DNA of 62,848 nucleotides, the filler included. It is 4 parts of 4 records of this genome, joined end to end, with 100 filler letters (N's around TTAATTAATTAA, not from the genome) between each part and the next. Parts side by side here need not be neighbours in the genome. Positions count along the whole stretch, not along the records: positions 47,977 to 57,635 come from DRR723986_3394; positions 57,736 to 62,848 come from DRR723986_3440; 2 more parts are not named here. One strand, given 5' to 3'. How positions within the stretch are numbered: position 1 is the stretch's first letter; every line of letters begins with the position of its first letter. Below are positions 52,385-62,650 of this stretch, in pieces. The position numbers and the translations under genes are program-made. Below the pieces are notes generated by a model that did not search any database, had not been told where the DNA came from, and saw only the letters and a list, made by a program, of their open reading frames with translations.

Positions 52385-53701
52385 ATGTCTGCTACTCCAG
52401 CAATTAACCTGACAGTTGATGCTACAAGTTCCGGATTGCCTGCCGGAACTGACGTTTTCATGTACGTTGTCGGCCTTGTGAGCGTTGCCGCTACTCCAAG
52501 CAAACCTGCGGTGGAAACTTTTTACAGGTTAGACAGCACGGGCATGCCGCACGTTATGAATGCAACCGATAACACGCAGGCGGCTAAAACATTTCCGGGC
52601 TCCGATACCTTGCCGGCGGCTACCGTGACCGCAATTCAGGATAACTATCCCCTTGCCTGGGCCGACTACGGAATCCCGATCTCACTCACGGCAAAAACAT
52701 CGATAAACCTTGCAAATATTAACGGGACCAACTGCCCTGGGCTGGGACTGGGAACTGCCGCTTTCAGTGGCCGAATCTACTTCTCGGTTGGAGTGCCGCG
52801 CCTGCCGATTTCGCCGACCGGATCTCCGGCAACTGGATACACGGCGCCAGTGTTTACCAACCCTCCCGGCAACTTAACACTATTTGACTGGATTGAATTT
52901 TCCTTTGATTCCAACTGCAACTTTAACGGCAATACAACCCAGGTGGATCAGTTTGGATTTCCACTTACACTTAACGGGCAGCCCGGTGGTTCGCTGCAAG
53001 GTGTCTTAACTAAAACTCGCAGCCAGGTGTTAACAAAACTTGGCGCCGGCGTCAGCGGACCCGCGATTGCACTTACGGACGATCAGAAAGCGGCCTACCC
53101 TGCCGGCACAAACGATTTACGTGCAATCTCGCCCAAAACACTCACAGCCGAACCTGACTACTCAGGAACACTTAACACCTTCTATGACGACATCATTAGC
53201 ACGTCTTACACTACCTGGCAAACAACTCCCCTGGTAACGAATGACAAGTCTACGGGCTACTATACCGGAATTGTCCCGACCAGCGGCGCCAACAAAGGTG
53301 AATTAGTCTTTTACCAGGGACAGTACACGACGCTGGCCGCTCTGCAGGCAGCCAAACCTGAGATCGCCTTTGTCCTGGGCCTGATTACCAGCTACGAAGT
53401 CTGGCAGTGTGAAGGTCAGCTGGCAGCCGGCGGTGACGCCCAGAAAAACGTTGGAAAAATGATTGCGGCCGCATTGAACCGCGGTGTGATTTCCAATAAT
53501 ATCAGCGATATCGACTGCAATGTTGATGCGCCCAATTTCTATCCTGCCGGCGGCACCTGGAATGACTGGTCCAAGGCCTGCCATGACGTCAGTAAAAACA
53601 AACTGGCATATGGATTTCCATACGATGATGTCTGTGATCAAAATCCCTCAATTGGCATCACTTCGGCAACTGCGATTGAAATTACGATAGAGGGCTTTTA
53701 A
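52385..53701 (+). CDS. Glycoside hydrolase family 64 beta-1,3-glucanase
   Basis: SGRIYFS, FDWIEF (catalytic Glu), NTTQVDQFGFP (catalytic Asp), AALNRG and AYGFPYDDV motifs. Confidence 0.88.
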   Translation: MSATPAINLTVDATSSGLPAGTDVFMYVVGLVSVAATPSKPAVETFYRLDSTGMPHVMNATDNTQAAKTFPGSDTLPAATVTAIQDNYPLAWADYGIPISLTAKTSINLANINGTNCPGLGLGTAAFSGRIYFSVGVPRLPISPTGSPATGYTAPVFTNPPGNLTLFDWIEFSFDSNCNFNGNTTQVDQFGFPLTLNGQPGGSLQGVLTKTRSQVLTKLGAGVSGPAIALTDDQKAAYPAGTNDLRAISPKTLTAEPDYSGTLNTFYDDIISTSYTTWQTTPLVTNDKSTGYYTGIVPTSGANKGELVFYQGQYTTLAALQAAKPEIAFVLGLITSYEVWQCEGQLAAGGDAQKNVGKMIAAALNRGVISNNISDIDCNVDAPNFYPAGGTWNDWSKACHDVSKNKLAYGFPYDDVCDQNPSIGITSATAIEITIEGF

Positions 53702-53788
53702 ACACAGGTGATCAGACCCGCTGTGTACCTAACAGCCGGTCGAACTCGGACCTGTTTATCACTTTCCGAGACTGTTAATAACAAAGAC

Positions 53789-53822
53789 AATCCCCACCGG
53801 CAGCTGCCGGCGGGGATTTTTT
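53789..53822 (+). terminator. Rho-independent terminator
   Basis: AATCCCCACCGGC-AGCT-GCCGGCGGGGATT-TTTT. Confidence 0.82.
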
Positions 53823-53924
53823 GATTGCGAACCGGTCTAAATATTTGCACGCTGCAATTGGCAATTCTTAGACAATATTCAGCGCCACACAATGCAGACC
53901 AGATGCATCGGGACCGGCAGCCGT

Positions 53925-54362
53925 TTAGTCTGCAGGCTGCTCATAACTCACGAGCCAGTTAACACCATATCTGTCGGTTAAACTGCCAAAGTACGCGCCC
54001 CAGAACGTGTCGCCCAGCGGGATTGTAACACTTCCGCCTGCAGACAGGTCTGCGAATATGCGCTCGGCTTCACTGCGCCCGGCAGGTTCCACCGAAATCG
54101 CCATGCTGTTGGCAGATGTTAAGTTTGCCCCATGCGACTGCGGCATATCACTGCCCATCAGCAGCGACGTGCCGCCAATTGGCAAACGCATATGCATTAT
54201 GCGGTCTTTTTCGGCTTCGGGAATTGGGGCTGCACTCTCGTGTTGTGGCATATCCGCAAAGGTGCCGGCGCAGTGTGTTTCGCCACCAAACACGGATTGA
54301 TACAGTGCAAAAGCTTCACGGCACGTGCCGTTAAAATAGAGGTAAATGTGAAGTTTGGACAT
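53925..54362 (-). CDS. VOC/PhnB-like glyoxalase superfamily protein
   Basis: YLYFNGTCREAF.LY..VFGG, IMH..L, LMGSD and TFWGAYFG.LTDRYGV.W motifs. Confidence 0.9.
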   Translation of the reverse strand: MSKLHIYLYFNGTCREAFALYQSVFGGETHCAGTFADMPQHESAAPIPEAEKDRIMHMRLPIGGTSLLMGSDMPQSHGANLTSANSMAISVEPAGRSEAERIFADLSAGGSVTIPLGDTFWGAYFGSLTDRYGVNWLVSYEQPAD

Positions 54363-54571
54363 GACAATTGGTCCCTCATAAAGGTTAGAAATAAATGAAT
54401 ACCAATTGAGACAACCAATGTGTGGAATCAGTCCTTGAGTTGCACGAGTAGCACCACCAAGTCATGCCGGAGGTGATTCCGACTGCAAATGTACAACAAA
54501 AACTGAAATAATGACAAATTGCAGCGGCACTGACACCGCAAAATATTTTCCTCCTACTGCCACAAAAAGCG

Positions 54572-54610
54572 ACAGGCCACAAAAACCGCGCTGCAGTTCC
54601 TGTGGCCTGT
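54572..54610. terminator. Inverted repeat downstream of the second VOC gene
   Basis: ACAGGCCACA...TGTGGCCTGT 10-bp stem. Confidence 0.45.
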
Positions 54611-54647
54611 AAACATCGACTTCACTGCGCCAACTGACATGCGGCTG

Positions 54648-55079
54648 TTAAGCTGCGGGTGTGCAGTTAATCATCCAGTTAATGCCAAATTTGTCGGTGC
54701 AAATGCCAAAATAGGCTTGCCAAAACGTATCTTCCATTGGCATTTTGACCGTGCCGCCTTCAGAAAGGCTGGCGAACAAGCGATCGGCTTCAGCGCGGTC
54801 GTTCAGTTGGATCGACACTGAAAAGTTGTTGCCAATCGTTAAGTTGCCGCCAAAGGCCGGATGTGTATCACTACCCATCAGCATAGTTTCTTTACTGATC
54901 GGCAAACCAACGTGCATGATATAATCTTTGGCTTCGTCCGGGACGGTCCAGCCTTCCTGTGGCGGCATTTCACCAAAGGTGCTAAGGTAATTGTACTCGC
55001 CGCCAAACAGCGATTTGTAGAAATCAAATGCTTCGCGGCAGTTGCCGCCAAAAGTCAGATAAACATTAACAGTGGCCAT
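54648..55079 (-). CDS. VOC/PhnB-like glyoxalase superfamily protein
   Basis: YLTFGGNCREAFDFY, IMHVGLPI, LMGSD and DKFGINWM motifs. Confidence 0.92.
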   Translation of the reverse strand: MATVNVYLTFGGNCREAFDFYKSLFGGEYNYLSTFGEMPPQEGWTVPDEAKDYIMHVGLPISKETMLMGSDTHPAFGGNLTIGNNFSVSIQLNDRAEADRLFASLSEGGTVKMPMEDTFWQAYFGICTDKFGINWMINCTPAA

Positions 55080-55310
55080 GGGTTTAGTACCTTCTTAACC
55101 TGAGTTGTGTAAAACAGTACAAGATTTTGAACAAACAATGTGTGTGTTTGACGTCGAATGCTCAAATTAGGAAAATCGAAGCGGCGGTACAAGCCGAATT
55201 TTCCCCCTTAAACATCAACAGACAGGTGTTTGACCAGAACGTCAAATCGCCGGTTGTTGAGTGTCTATATGTAAGTGTTTTTTGCTGAGTCAAAGGTAGC
55301 CAAACCTTGT

Positions 55311-55745
55311 TCAGGCCTGTACCTGCCCCAAAACTCCGGCAAGTGTTTCCAGAATTCCAGTCCAGCCGCCTTCGTGGTTATTGCGCGAAGTCTCATCCGC
55401 AAACTTAACATGCGCCAGTTCTACGTGTGTGCCGCCGGCCTGCGCGCTAAAGTTAAGTGTGACCGTTGAGTCGTCCAGGGAGAAAGCCGACTGCCAGGTA
55501 AATACAATTTGTGAGTGTGGTTGCAGCTTCTTGTATTCGCCCCAGTGCGGTATTTCCTGGCCACCGGCGGCCATTACAATCGAGAATTTACCGCCTTCAC
55601 GTGCATCTACTTCGGCTTTGGGAACACTCATGCCCGGACCAGGAATCATAAACCTGGCAATCAACTGCGGATCCAGCCAGGCTTTGTAGACTTCTTCAAT
55701 CGGTGCGTTAATTGTTCTTGATACCTTTAATGATAAATCAGCCAT
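55311..55745 (-). CDS. SRPBCC/AHSA1 domain protein
   Basis: RTINAPIEEVYKAW, DAREGG, IVFTW and HEGGW motifs. Confidence 0.9.
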   Translation of the reverse strand: MADLSLKVSRTINAPIEEVYKAWLDPQLIARFMIPGPGMSVPKAEVDAREGGKFSIVMAAGGQEIPHWGEYKKLQPHSQIVFTWQSAFSLDDSTVTLNFSAQAGGTHVELAHVKFADETSRNNHEGGWTGILETLAGVLGQVQA

Positions 55746-55768
55746 GAGAATCCTCCCGAGTGTTTAAG

Positions 55769-56194
55769 TCAAGTTTCGTCCCGGTCTTTTGTTGAAGTTC
55801 CAGACGAATCTTTTCCGGTTAACAATTCATCCAATTTTTCCAGGCGTAATTCCCAAATTGAGCGCAGGGAGTTAAACCAGGCTTCAATCGTATCCAATGG
55901 TTGCATTTCAGCTTCAATCAGGTGTTCACGTCCGTGCGTGCGCCGCGCCACCAGCCCCGCCTTCTCCAGCACTTTAATGTGCTTGGAGACGGCATTCAGG
56001 CTCATGGAATAGTGCCCCGCCAGGTCAGTCACGCGGCTGGGCCCCTGCTGCACCAGAGTAGTTAACAGGGAGCGCCGCGTCGGATCACTTACCGCTTTAA
56101 GGACTGCGGACACCTGCGCCTCGGACATCGTTTCCATCGGCGTGTTTTTAGCCGACGAATCCTGCCCCGATTGATCTGCCAATTGTTCAACCAT
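55769..56194 (-). CDS. ArsR/SmtB family transcriptional regulator
   Basis: AVSDPTRR, SLNAVSKHIKVLEKAGLV and W..RL..LD motifs; start reassigned to ATG GTT GAA inside the operator. Confidence 0.88.
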   Translation of the reverse strand: MVEQLADQSGQDSSAKNTPMETMSEAQVSAVLKAVSDPTRRSLLTTLVQQGPSRVTDLAGHYSMSLNAVSKHIKVLEKAGLVARRTHGREHLIEAEMQPLDTIEAWFNSLRSIWELRLEKLDELLTGKDSSGTSTKDRDET

Positions 56195-56242
56195 TTGGTT
56201 CAATATACGTCTATTTATTGGATTGTCAACCTTTTGGTTGAA
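56186..56242 (-). promoter_or_regulatory. Sigma70 promoter with two palindromic operators
   Basis: Minus strand TTGACA-N16-TATATT; palindromes TTCAACCAAAAGGTTGAC and TTGAACCAAATGGTTGAA. Confidence 0.75.
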
Positions 56243-56743
56243 TATCTTCATAACTGAAAGTATTGTCGCACTCTCAGCAACTATGTCGCACAAGTTCTGG
56301 CCAGATTGGTTGACGGCATTGGCATTATTGCTGGAAGCAGACGGCGTGGACTGTGCAGATGCGCTTCGCTGCCGGGCAGCTTGCGGTTTTGAGCGCTGCG
56401 CCTCCGGCGTCTGGAGTTGGATGGATTTGGGCATTTGGGATTGGGGTTTGAGGCTGGCTGTTTTCTGCATGTTAGTTAGCGAATCACAAGTCCCAGGCAG
56501 CCAATTCTATCTCAAGTTTTGCCACCGCAGTTGCAGAGCCCGCCCAGATTCGGCAATTCCCAAGCCCACAGCTAGTCAGCCCTGCCCACAAGCACAGGAC
56601 TCCAATTCTGTGAAGCCCGGCGGCACAATTTCAGCAAGGGCTATTCAAAAGCCGAATAACATTAGGCGAGTAATCAGTTGTTATTATACACAAGGTGCCG
56701 TAACTTTCAGCTCTATTTCTTTAAGAACTGACCATTACTTTCT

Positions 56744-57367
56744 ATGCACAGCTCAACTTCTCATTCTGTTTTGGCTTCAAATTCCAGGCAGCGCACAGGC
56801 ACTTTTTGCATCTTAGCTATTTTGATGTGCGCGGCAATATCTTTGCACTCCGGGCACATTTTTGCTGAAGATCGTGCGCACCAGGATCAAAAAGATCAGC
56901 CGGCGCAGTCGCCGGCAGTGCTTGATGCCGCAGCGGATTCTGTGGTTAATTCTGTGGTCAATTCTGTGGTCAATTCGGTCGGCAGCGCCCATGCTGATTC
57001 GGCGGCACGTGTTTTCACAGCAACCTATCCATTTGTTAAGTACGCGGCGGCGCGCAGCTGGCTGCGCCAGGCAAAAGACAGCATCACTAAACCACAGCTC
57101 AAAAAGGCTGCATTTCTGGCACGGGCCTACCGCGATTATCAGAGCGACTCAACGCTGGCGGTTCGTGACTCACTTAAACAAGTCCAGGATTCACTGGCAA
57201 GCCACAAACGTGCACTGGAGCAGACGCGGCGCGCTGAACGGAAATCAGGCAAATCTGTCAATTCGGGCGGGAGCGCCATGCGCTGTCTGGGCATCACCCA
57301 AAAAGGCCATCAATGTAAACGCCGCACAAAGAATGTATCAGGGCGCTGCTGGCAGCATGAGCGCTGA
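56744..57367 (+). CDS. Hypothetical exported protein with a C-terminal Cys3His zinc-finger-like motif (DUF5763-like)
   Basis: Hydrophobic N-terminal segment; CLGITQKGHQCKRRTKNVSGRCWQH. Confidence 0.6.
   Translation: MHSSTSHSVLASNSRQRTGTFCILAILMCAAISLHSGHIFAEDRAHQDQKDQPAQSPAVLDAAADSVVNSVVNSVVNSVGSAHADSAARVFTATYPFVKYAAARSWLRQAKDSITKPQLKKAAFLARAYRDYQSDSTLAVRDSLKQVQDSLASHKRALEQTRRAERKSGKSVNSGGSAMRCLGITQKGHQCKRRTKNVSGRCWQHER
56937..56976 (+). repeat. 12-bp tandem repeat (ATTCTGTGGTYA) x3.3 encoding SVVN
   Basis: Read directly from the sequence. Confidence 0.85.
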
Positions 57368-57635
57368 AGAGTGTGGCGCTCAATTGAATTTTCGAGACTT
57401 GACCAGAATCTTGTCGCGACGGTGTGCGGCGAACACTTGGACAAACGAACGTTGCGCCTTGCTGAGGAGGCGCGAAGGTCCAACGATTTGCCACTATGTG
57501 CACCGCTGAATCTTTTTGACTTGCGTTGGGTACGTTTGCACCTGCAATTTGTAGGTGGGGGCTGGTCTTAGCCCCAAGACTCTGCGACTAGGCTCAAAGA
57601 CTTCGCTCAAAGACTGAACTCCGCCGAACGGACAG

Positions 57636-57735
57636 NNNNNNNNNNNNNNNNNNNNNNNNNNNNNNNNNNNNNNNNNNNNTTAATTAATTAANNNNNNNNN
57701 NNNNNNNNNNNNNNNNNNNNNNNNNNNNNNNNNNN
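57636..57735. other. Artificial contig linker
   Basis: N44-TTAATTAATTAA-N44. Confidence 0.98.
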
Positions 57736-59185
57736 TGGGCATCTGGTTGCGCACCAGAAATTGCAATTCGGTGCGAAAGAGGCCCACGCCCTCGGCGCCC
57801 GAACCATCGAGGCTGGGCAGATCGGCCATCAGCCCGGCGTTCATCTGCAGGCCAATGGTTTTGCCGCAGCGGGTTTCGGCGGGCACATCGCGGATCGAGG
57901 CGTAGCGCTCTTGCGCTTTGGCCTGCATGGCGATTTTGTCTAAAAACGCGGCTGCCACCGTATCATCGGGGCGCAGATGCACCACGCCTTGATCGCCATC
58001 CACCATGATATGATCGCCATTCAGCGCCTCGGTGGTGATGCGCGCGCAATGGATCACCAGCGGAATGGCCAGGGCCCGCGCAACAATCGCTGCGTGCGAA
58101 CCGACCGAGCCCTCTTCCAGCACGATGCCTTTCAGGCTGCGGCCATAATCCAGCAATTCGGCAGGGCCGATATTGCGGGCAATCAAGATGGGGTCGGCGG
58201 GCATTTCGGCCCCCGTTTCGGTGCCTTGGCCGGTGAGAATGCGCAAAAGCCGGTTGGATAAGTCATCCAGATCATGCAGGCGCTCGCGCAGATAGGCATC
58301 GCTGACCTGCGACATGCGCGCGCGTGCAGAGGATTGCTCTTTTTCCACCGCAGCCTCGGCCGATAGGCCGCGGTCGATATCTTCCTCCATCCGGCGCATC
58401 CACCCTTTCGAGTTGGCAAACATCCGGTAGGCTTCCAGCACCTCTAGCTGTTCTTTGTCGCCGCTGCTGGCCCCGGCCAGCATTTGATCGACACCAACGC
58501 GCAGCTGATCTACCGCCTCGCGCAGGCGTTCGCGTTCGCGCACGGGGTCTTCGGCCACGGGGTTGGAAATAACCACGCGCGGTTCGTGCAGCCAGACATG
58601 GCCACGCGCGGCCCCCTCTTGGCCGGTGGTGCCACGAAACAGAACCGGCTGTTGGTGGCGCGCCTTCAGCGCCGCACCTTCGCCCACAAAGGCGCCCAGT
58701 TCGGTCATTTCGGCCAAGACCATGGCCACCACTTCCAGCGCGTAAATTTCATCAGCGGAATATTGGCGCGCCTGTTTCGACTGCACCACCAACACGCCCA
58801 GTTTTTCGCCCAGGCGCTGGATCGGAATGCCGAGGAAGCTGGAATAAATTTCCTCGCCAGTTTCGGGCATGTAGCGAAAGCCCTTTTCCGCAGGTGCGTC
58901 GGCGGTGTTGATGATTTTGCCGGCCCGCGCCACGCGGCCCACCAGCCCCTCGCCCAGGCGCATGCGCGTTTGGTGCACGGCTTGGGGGTTTAGGCCCTCG
59001 GTTGCGCATAGTTCCAGGGTTTCGTCATCGCGAAACAGGTAGATCGAGCACACTTCGGTGCCCATCGAATCGGCAATCAGATGGGTGATTTTATCCAGCC
59101 GCTCTTGGCCTGCTGCCTCGTCTGCCATGGTGTCGCGCAGGCGGCCCAGCAGTTTCCTGCTTTCGCTTTCTGTTCTTTCCTGCAT
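57736..59185 (-). CDS. ptsP: PTS enzyme I-Ntr (GAF + EI), 3'-truncated
   Basis: GAF CSIYL...LCATEGL, GEGLVG, SHAAIVARA phospho-His and GVGLFRTE motifs. Confidence 0.95.
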
Positions 59186-59391
59186 GGCGCGCAGTTTCCC
59201 CCGATCACTATGCGGCAGGGCCGTGGCCTGCCGACGCAAACCATAGACCACAAGGTTGGGCCAAGCGAAACGGGAATTTCACGTGGTAGCGGTAAACTGG
59301 TCTGAAAAAGAATAGGCCATTCGCCAAAAAGGCGAAAAGCGCCGCAAAATGCGACGCTTTTCCCAAATCTTCCGCCACGTTTTGGCTGGGA

Positions 59392-60648
59392 TCAGGCCTT
59401 TTCCAGCTCGAAGGCGTCGTGCAGGGCCTGCACGGCCAGTTCCATATATTTGCGATCAATCAGCACGGAAATTTTGATTTCCGAGGTGGCGATCACCTTG
59501 ATGTTGATGCCCTCGTTCGACAGGGTTTCAAACATTTTCGATGCCACGCCCGCATGGCTGCGCATGCCGATGCCCACAACCGATACTTTGCACACGTCGG
59601 TATCGGCCTCTAGGCGGTCAAACTTGATCATGCCGGCATCGCGCGCATCGAGCAGCGCTTTTTCCGCGCGCTTTAGCTGGTCGATCGGGCAGCTAAAGGT
59701 CATATCGGTCACGCCTTCTTTGTGGCCTTGATAGCCCTGCTCGGAGACGTTTTGCACGATCATGTCCACATTCACCCCCGCCTCGGCCAGGGGGCCGAAA
59801 ATCGCGGCGGCAATGCCGGGGCGGTCTTCGATGGTGACAACGGTCATTTTCGCCTCGTCGCGCGAAAAGGCGATACCCGAAACTGCTTTGGATTCCATAA
59901 TAAGCTCCTCGGCGCAGACCAGCGTTCCCGCGCCCTCTGAAGGTTCCTCGAACGAGCTGAGCACGCGCAGCTTTACGTTATACCGCATGGCCAATTCGAC
60001 CGAACGGGTTTGCAGCACTTTCGCCCCAAGGCTGGCCAATTCCAGCATTTCCTCGAAAGCGATCTTATCCAATTTGCGGGCCTTCGAGCTGATCCGCGGA
60101 TCGGTGGTGTAAACGCCATCGACATCTGTGTAGATATCGCAGCGTTCCGCCCCAAAGGCCGCGGCAAAGGCCACCGCCGTTGTATCCGAGCCGCCACGCC
60201 CCAGCGTGGTAATCCGCCCCTCGGCGCTGACACCTTGGAAGCCTGCCACAACCGCCACTTTAAACCCTTCGGCGAATTTTGCATCGATATTGTCGCGTGG
60301 AATATCGATGAAACGCGCAGCGCTATGGGCCGAGGTGGTGTTGATTGGCACTTGCCAGCCCTGCCAGCTGCGCGCGGGCACACCCATTTCCTGCAAGGTC
60401 AGCGCCATCAGCCCAGCGGTGACATTCTCGCCCGAGCTGACCACGGCATCATATTCGCGTGCGTCATAAAGCGGCGATGTTTCGCTGACATAGCCCACCA
60501 GCTTGTTCGTTTCGCCCGACATGGCCGAGACGATGACGATCACGTCATAGCCGTTGGCAACCTCCATGCCCACGCGTTTTGCGGCGCGGCGGATGCGGTC
60601 TAGTGTGGCAACCGAGGTGCCACCAAATTTCATTACCAAAATGGGCAT
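59392..60648 (-). CDS. lysC: Aspartate kinase
   Basis: VMKFGGTSV, TLGRGGSDTTA, YTDVDGVYTTDPR and two ACT domains; lysC-ptsP synteny typical of alphaproteobacteria. Confidence 0.96.
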   Translation of the reverse strand: MPILVMKFGGTSVATLDRIRRAAKRVGMEVANGYDVIVIVSAMSGETNKLVGYVSETSPLYDAREYDAVVSSGENVTAGLMALTLQEMGVPARSWQGWQVPINTTSAHSAARFIDIPRDNIDAKFAEGFKVAVVAGFQGVSAEGRITTLGRGGSDTTAVAFAAAFGAERCDIYTDVDGVYTTDPRISSKARKLDKIAFEEMLELASLGAKVLQTRSVELAMRYNVKLRVLSSFEEPSEGAGTLVCAEELIMESKAVSGIAFSRDEAKMTVVTIEDRPGIAAAIFGPLAEAGVNVDMIVQNVSEQGYQGHKEGVTDMTFSCPIDQLKRAEKALLDARDAGMIKFDRLEADTDVCKVSVVGIGMRSHAGVASKMFETLSNEGINIKVIATSEIKISVLIDRKYMELAVQALHDAFELEKA

Positions 60649-60774
60649 CAGATTCCCCCAACCAAAAGGTTGCGGCGGGGTTTATGATGCCCGGCGCAAA
60701 AGGGCAAGCCGCGATTCAGCGGCTGCGGCGCCATGGCGGTTGTGCGCGGGCCCGGGCGCCACAATGGGGCGGCG

Positions 60775-61422
60775 CTAGAACGGGTGCTCATCGCCCGCCC
60801 AGGTGCGAAAACACCCGCTGTCTGCCATATCCAGCGCGTCAAAGCGTGCAGCCAGCCCTTGGGCGGCCTGATCTACGGTGATATCGGCGGCAGCGCCGCC
60901 CATATCGGTTTGCACCCAGCCCGGGTGATAGATGCCCACCGCAATATCCAAGGGGCGCAGATCCACCGCCAGATTGCGCCCAAGGTTCAAAACCGCAGCC
61001 TTAGAGGCGCGGTAGATATAGCTGCCGCCGGGCGCGCGCGTGTCGCTGGCCATCTGGCTGGAAATGATTGCAATTTTCGGGGCGTTGGACAGTTGCAAAT
61101 TGGGCAGCAATGACTGGATGGTCAAAAACACCCCGGTCACATTGGTGGCAAAGGCATCGGCCCACATTTGCGCCGGGTAGCCATCGGCCAGGGTGTGGCC
61201 CTTGTCGGGGTAAATGCCGGCGTTGCATACCAGCAAATCCACCGGCCGGCCGGCCAGTGCTGCGGCAAAGCCTGCAAATGCGCCCGCATCGCTGACATCA
61301 AGCGCCTGCAAGCCGTTTGCGCCCGCGCGGCTGGTGCCTGTGACCTGCGCGCCGCGGGTTTGGTATAGATCGGCCAGGGCATGGCCAATGCCGCGGCTGG
61401 CGCCTGTGATCACTACATGCAT
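60775..61422 (-). CDS. Short-chain dehydrogenase (CsgA C-factor-like)
   Basis: TGASRGIG, CNAG, YRASK and HPGWVQTDMGG motifs. Confidence 0.92.
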   Translation of the reverse strand: MHVVITGASRGIGHALADLYQTRGAQVTGTSRAGANGLQALDVSDAGAFAGFAAALAGRPVDLLVCNAGIYPDKGHTLADGYPAQMWADAFATNVTGVFLTIQSLLPNLQLSNAPKIAIISSQMASDTRAPGGSYIYRASKAAVLNLGRNLAVDLRPLDIAVGIYHPGWVQTDMGGAAADITVDQAAQGLAARFDALDMADSGCFRTWAGDEHPF

Positions 61423-61444
61423 GGCGGTCTCCTTGCGTTTTGCG

Positions 61445-61924
61445 TTAGTTGGTTTTTCGCCCGGGAATAAAGGGCAGGGGCGCGACAGGAATGCCGTCTT
61501 CCAACAGTTTGCGCGCCTCTTCGGGCCGGGCCTCGCCATAGATGGCGCGTTCTGGGGCGGTGCCATCGTGCATTGCACGGGCTTCTTTTGCGAAATTCAT
61601 GCCGACATAATCAGAGTTTTGTTCGATCTTTCGGCGCAGTTCGGCCAATTGCTGCTCGGCCGGGGTGGCGGGCTGTGTCAGGGCGCCGGGCGCCACTGCG
61701 GCCTTTGGCGCAGCATCGGGGGCGGGCGGGGCCGGCGGGGCGGCGTCGGCGGCTTTGCGGGCAGGGCGCACGCGCGGGGCCATCAACGCCTTTTCAACGT
61801 TGCCCGAGCCGCATATCGCGCAGCTGACCATGCCTGCACCTTGTAGTTTTTCAAAAGCCGAGGCCGATTGAAACCAGCTGTCAAACCGGTGCCCTTCGGC
61901 GCATTTCAGGGAAAACTGGATCAT
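61445..61924 (-). CDS. DUF1178 family protein
   Basis: C..GH.FDSWFQS, CAICGS..VEKALMAP and FAKEARAMH.G....R.IYGEA motifs. Confidence 0.88.
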   Translation of the reverse strand: MIQFSLKCAEGHRFDSWFQSASAFEKLQGAGMVSCAICGSGNVEKALMAPRVRPARKAADAAPPAPPAPDAAPKAAVAPGALTQPATPAEQQLAELRRKIEQNSDYVGMNFAKEARAMHDGTAPERAIYGEARPEEARKLLEDGIPVAPLPFIPGRKTN

Positions 61925-61975
61925 GTCCTGCCGCCTTGCCAATGACAAAGGTACATATCTGTCTGGCCAGAAAGT

Positions 61976-62455
61976 TCAAGCTGTGCCGGCCTTCAGCTTT
62001 TTGGGATCAAAGGCCAGCACGATCCGTGCCAATTCCGGATCATCCAGTTTGGATGCGGCCTTTTTCAGGCCAAACCATTTGCGGCGGCGCTGCCCGGCCT
62101 CGGGGTATTTATCGGCCAGTCCTTTGACATGTAGGGGATAAACATGGCCGATGCAGGGCACAAACCGGCGGTCATCTTGCCATTTGAAATAGGCAAAGCT
62201 GCCCAAAAGCACATTTTGCGCCTGCCCCTTTGCGCCGGCCTCTTCCCAGGCTTCTTGGGCGGCGCTTTCGGCCAGTGATTTGCCTGGCACCTGCCAGCCC
62301 TTGGGCAACAGCCAGCGCCCGGTGCCGCGGGATGTAACCAACAGCACCTGCACTTTTTTCTTGGTGGTGCGAAAGCAAAGCGCCATGGCCTGCGGGCGCG
62401 CGGGCGGCTGTGTGGCCCCGTTTTGAACGCCTGTTATGCCCGCCAATTGCCCCAA
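61976..62455 (-). CDS. NUDIX hydrolase
   Basis: LVTSRGTGRWLLPKGW, AAQEAWEEAG Nudix box and PEAGQRRRKW; start uncertain. Confidence 0.88.
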   Translation of the reverse strand: MGQLAGITGVQNGATQPPARPQAMALCFRTTKKKVQVLLVTSRGTGRWLLPKGWQVPGKSLAESAAQEAWEEAGAKGQAQNVLLGSFAYFKWQDDRRFVPCIGHVYPLHVKGLADKYPEAGQRRRKWFGLKKAASKLDDPELARIVLAFDPKKLKAGTA

Positions 62456-62650
62456 TATCCTGCCCGCTCCCGTGCCTGTTTTCGTGCCTGTTTTCGTTTT
62501 GCCCCGACGATGGCGGCATTCGTGGCTGTAATCAATGCTGCAGTTAGGGTTGTGTTTGGATTTTCAATAATCTTTTTCGCTGTGTATATTGCTGTGCATA
62601 TTCAAGCAGCATATTGCCCTGATACGCCCGCGCAGATTAAGGCTGTGTTT

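Noticed and set aside
56195-56816. N-terminal extension of ArsR and the opposite 197-aa ORF
   Set aside because: Low complexity; spans the promoter and operators that define a downstream start
57371-57571. 66-aa ORF after the zinc-finger gene
   Set aside because: No motif or clear RBS; cannot be supported
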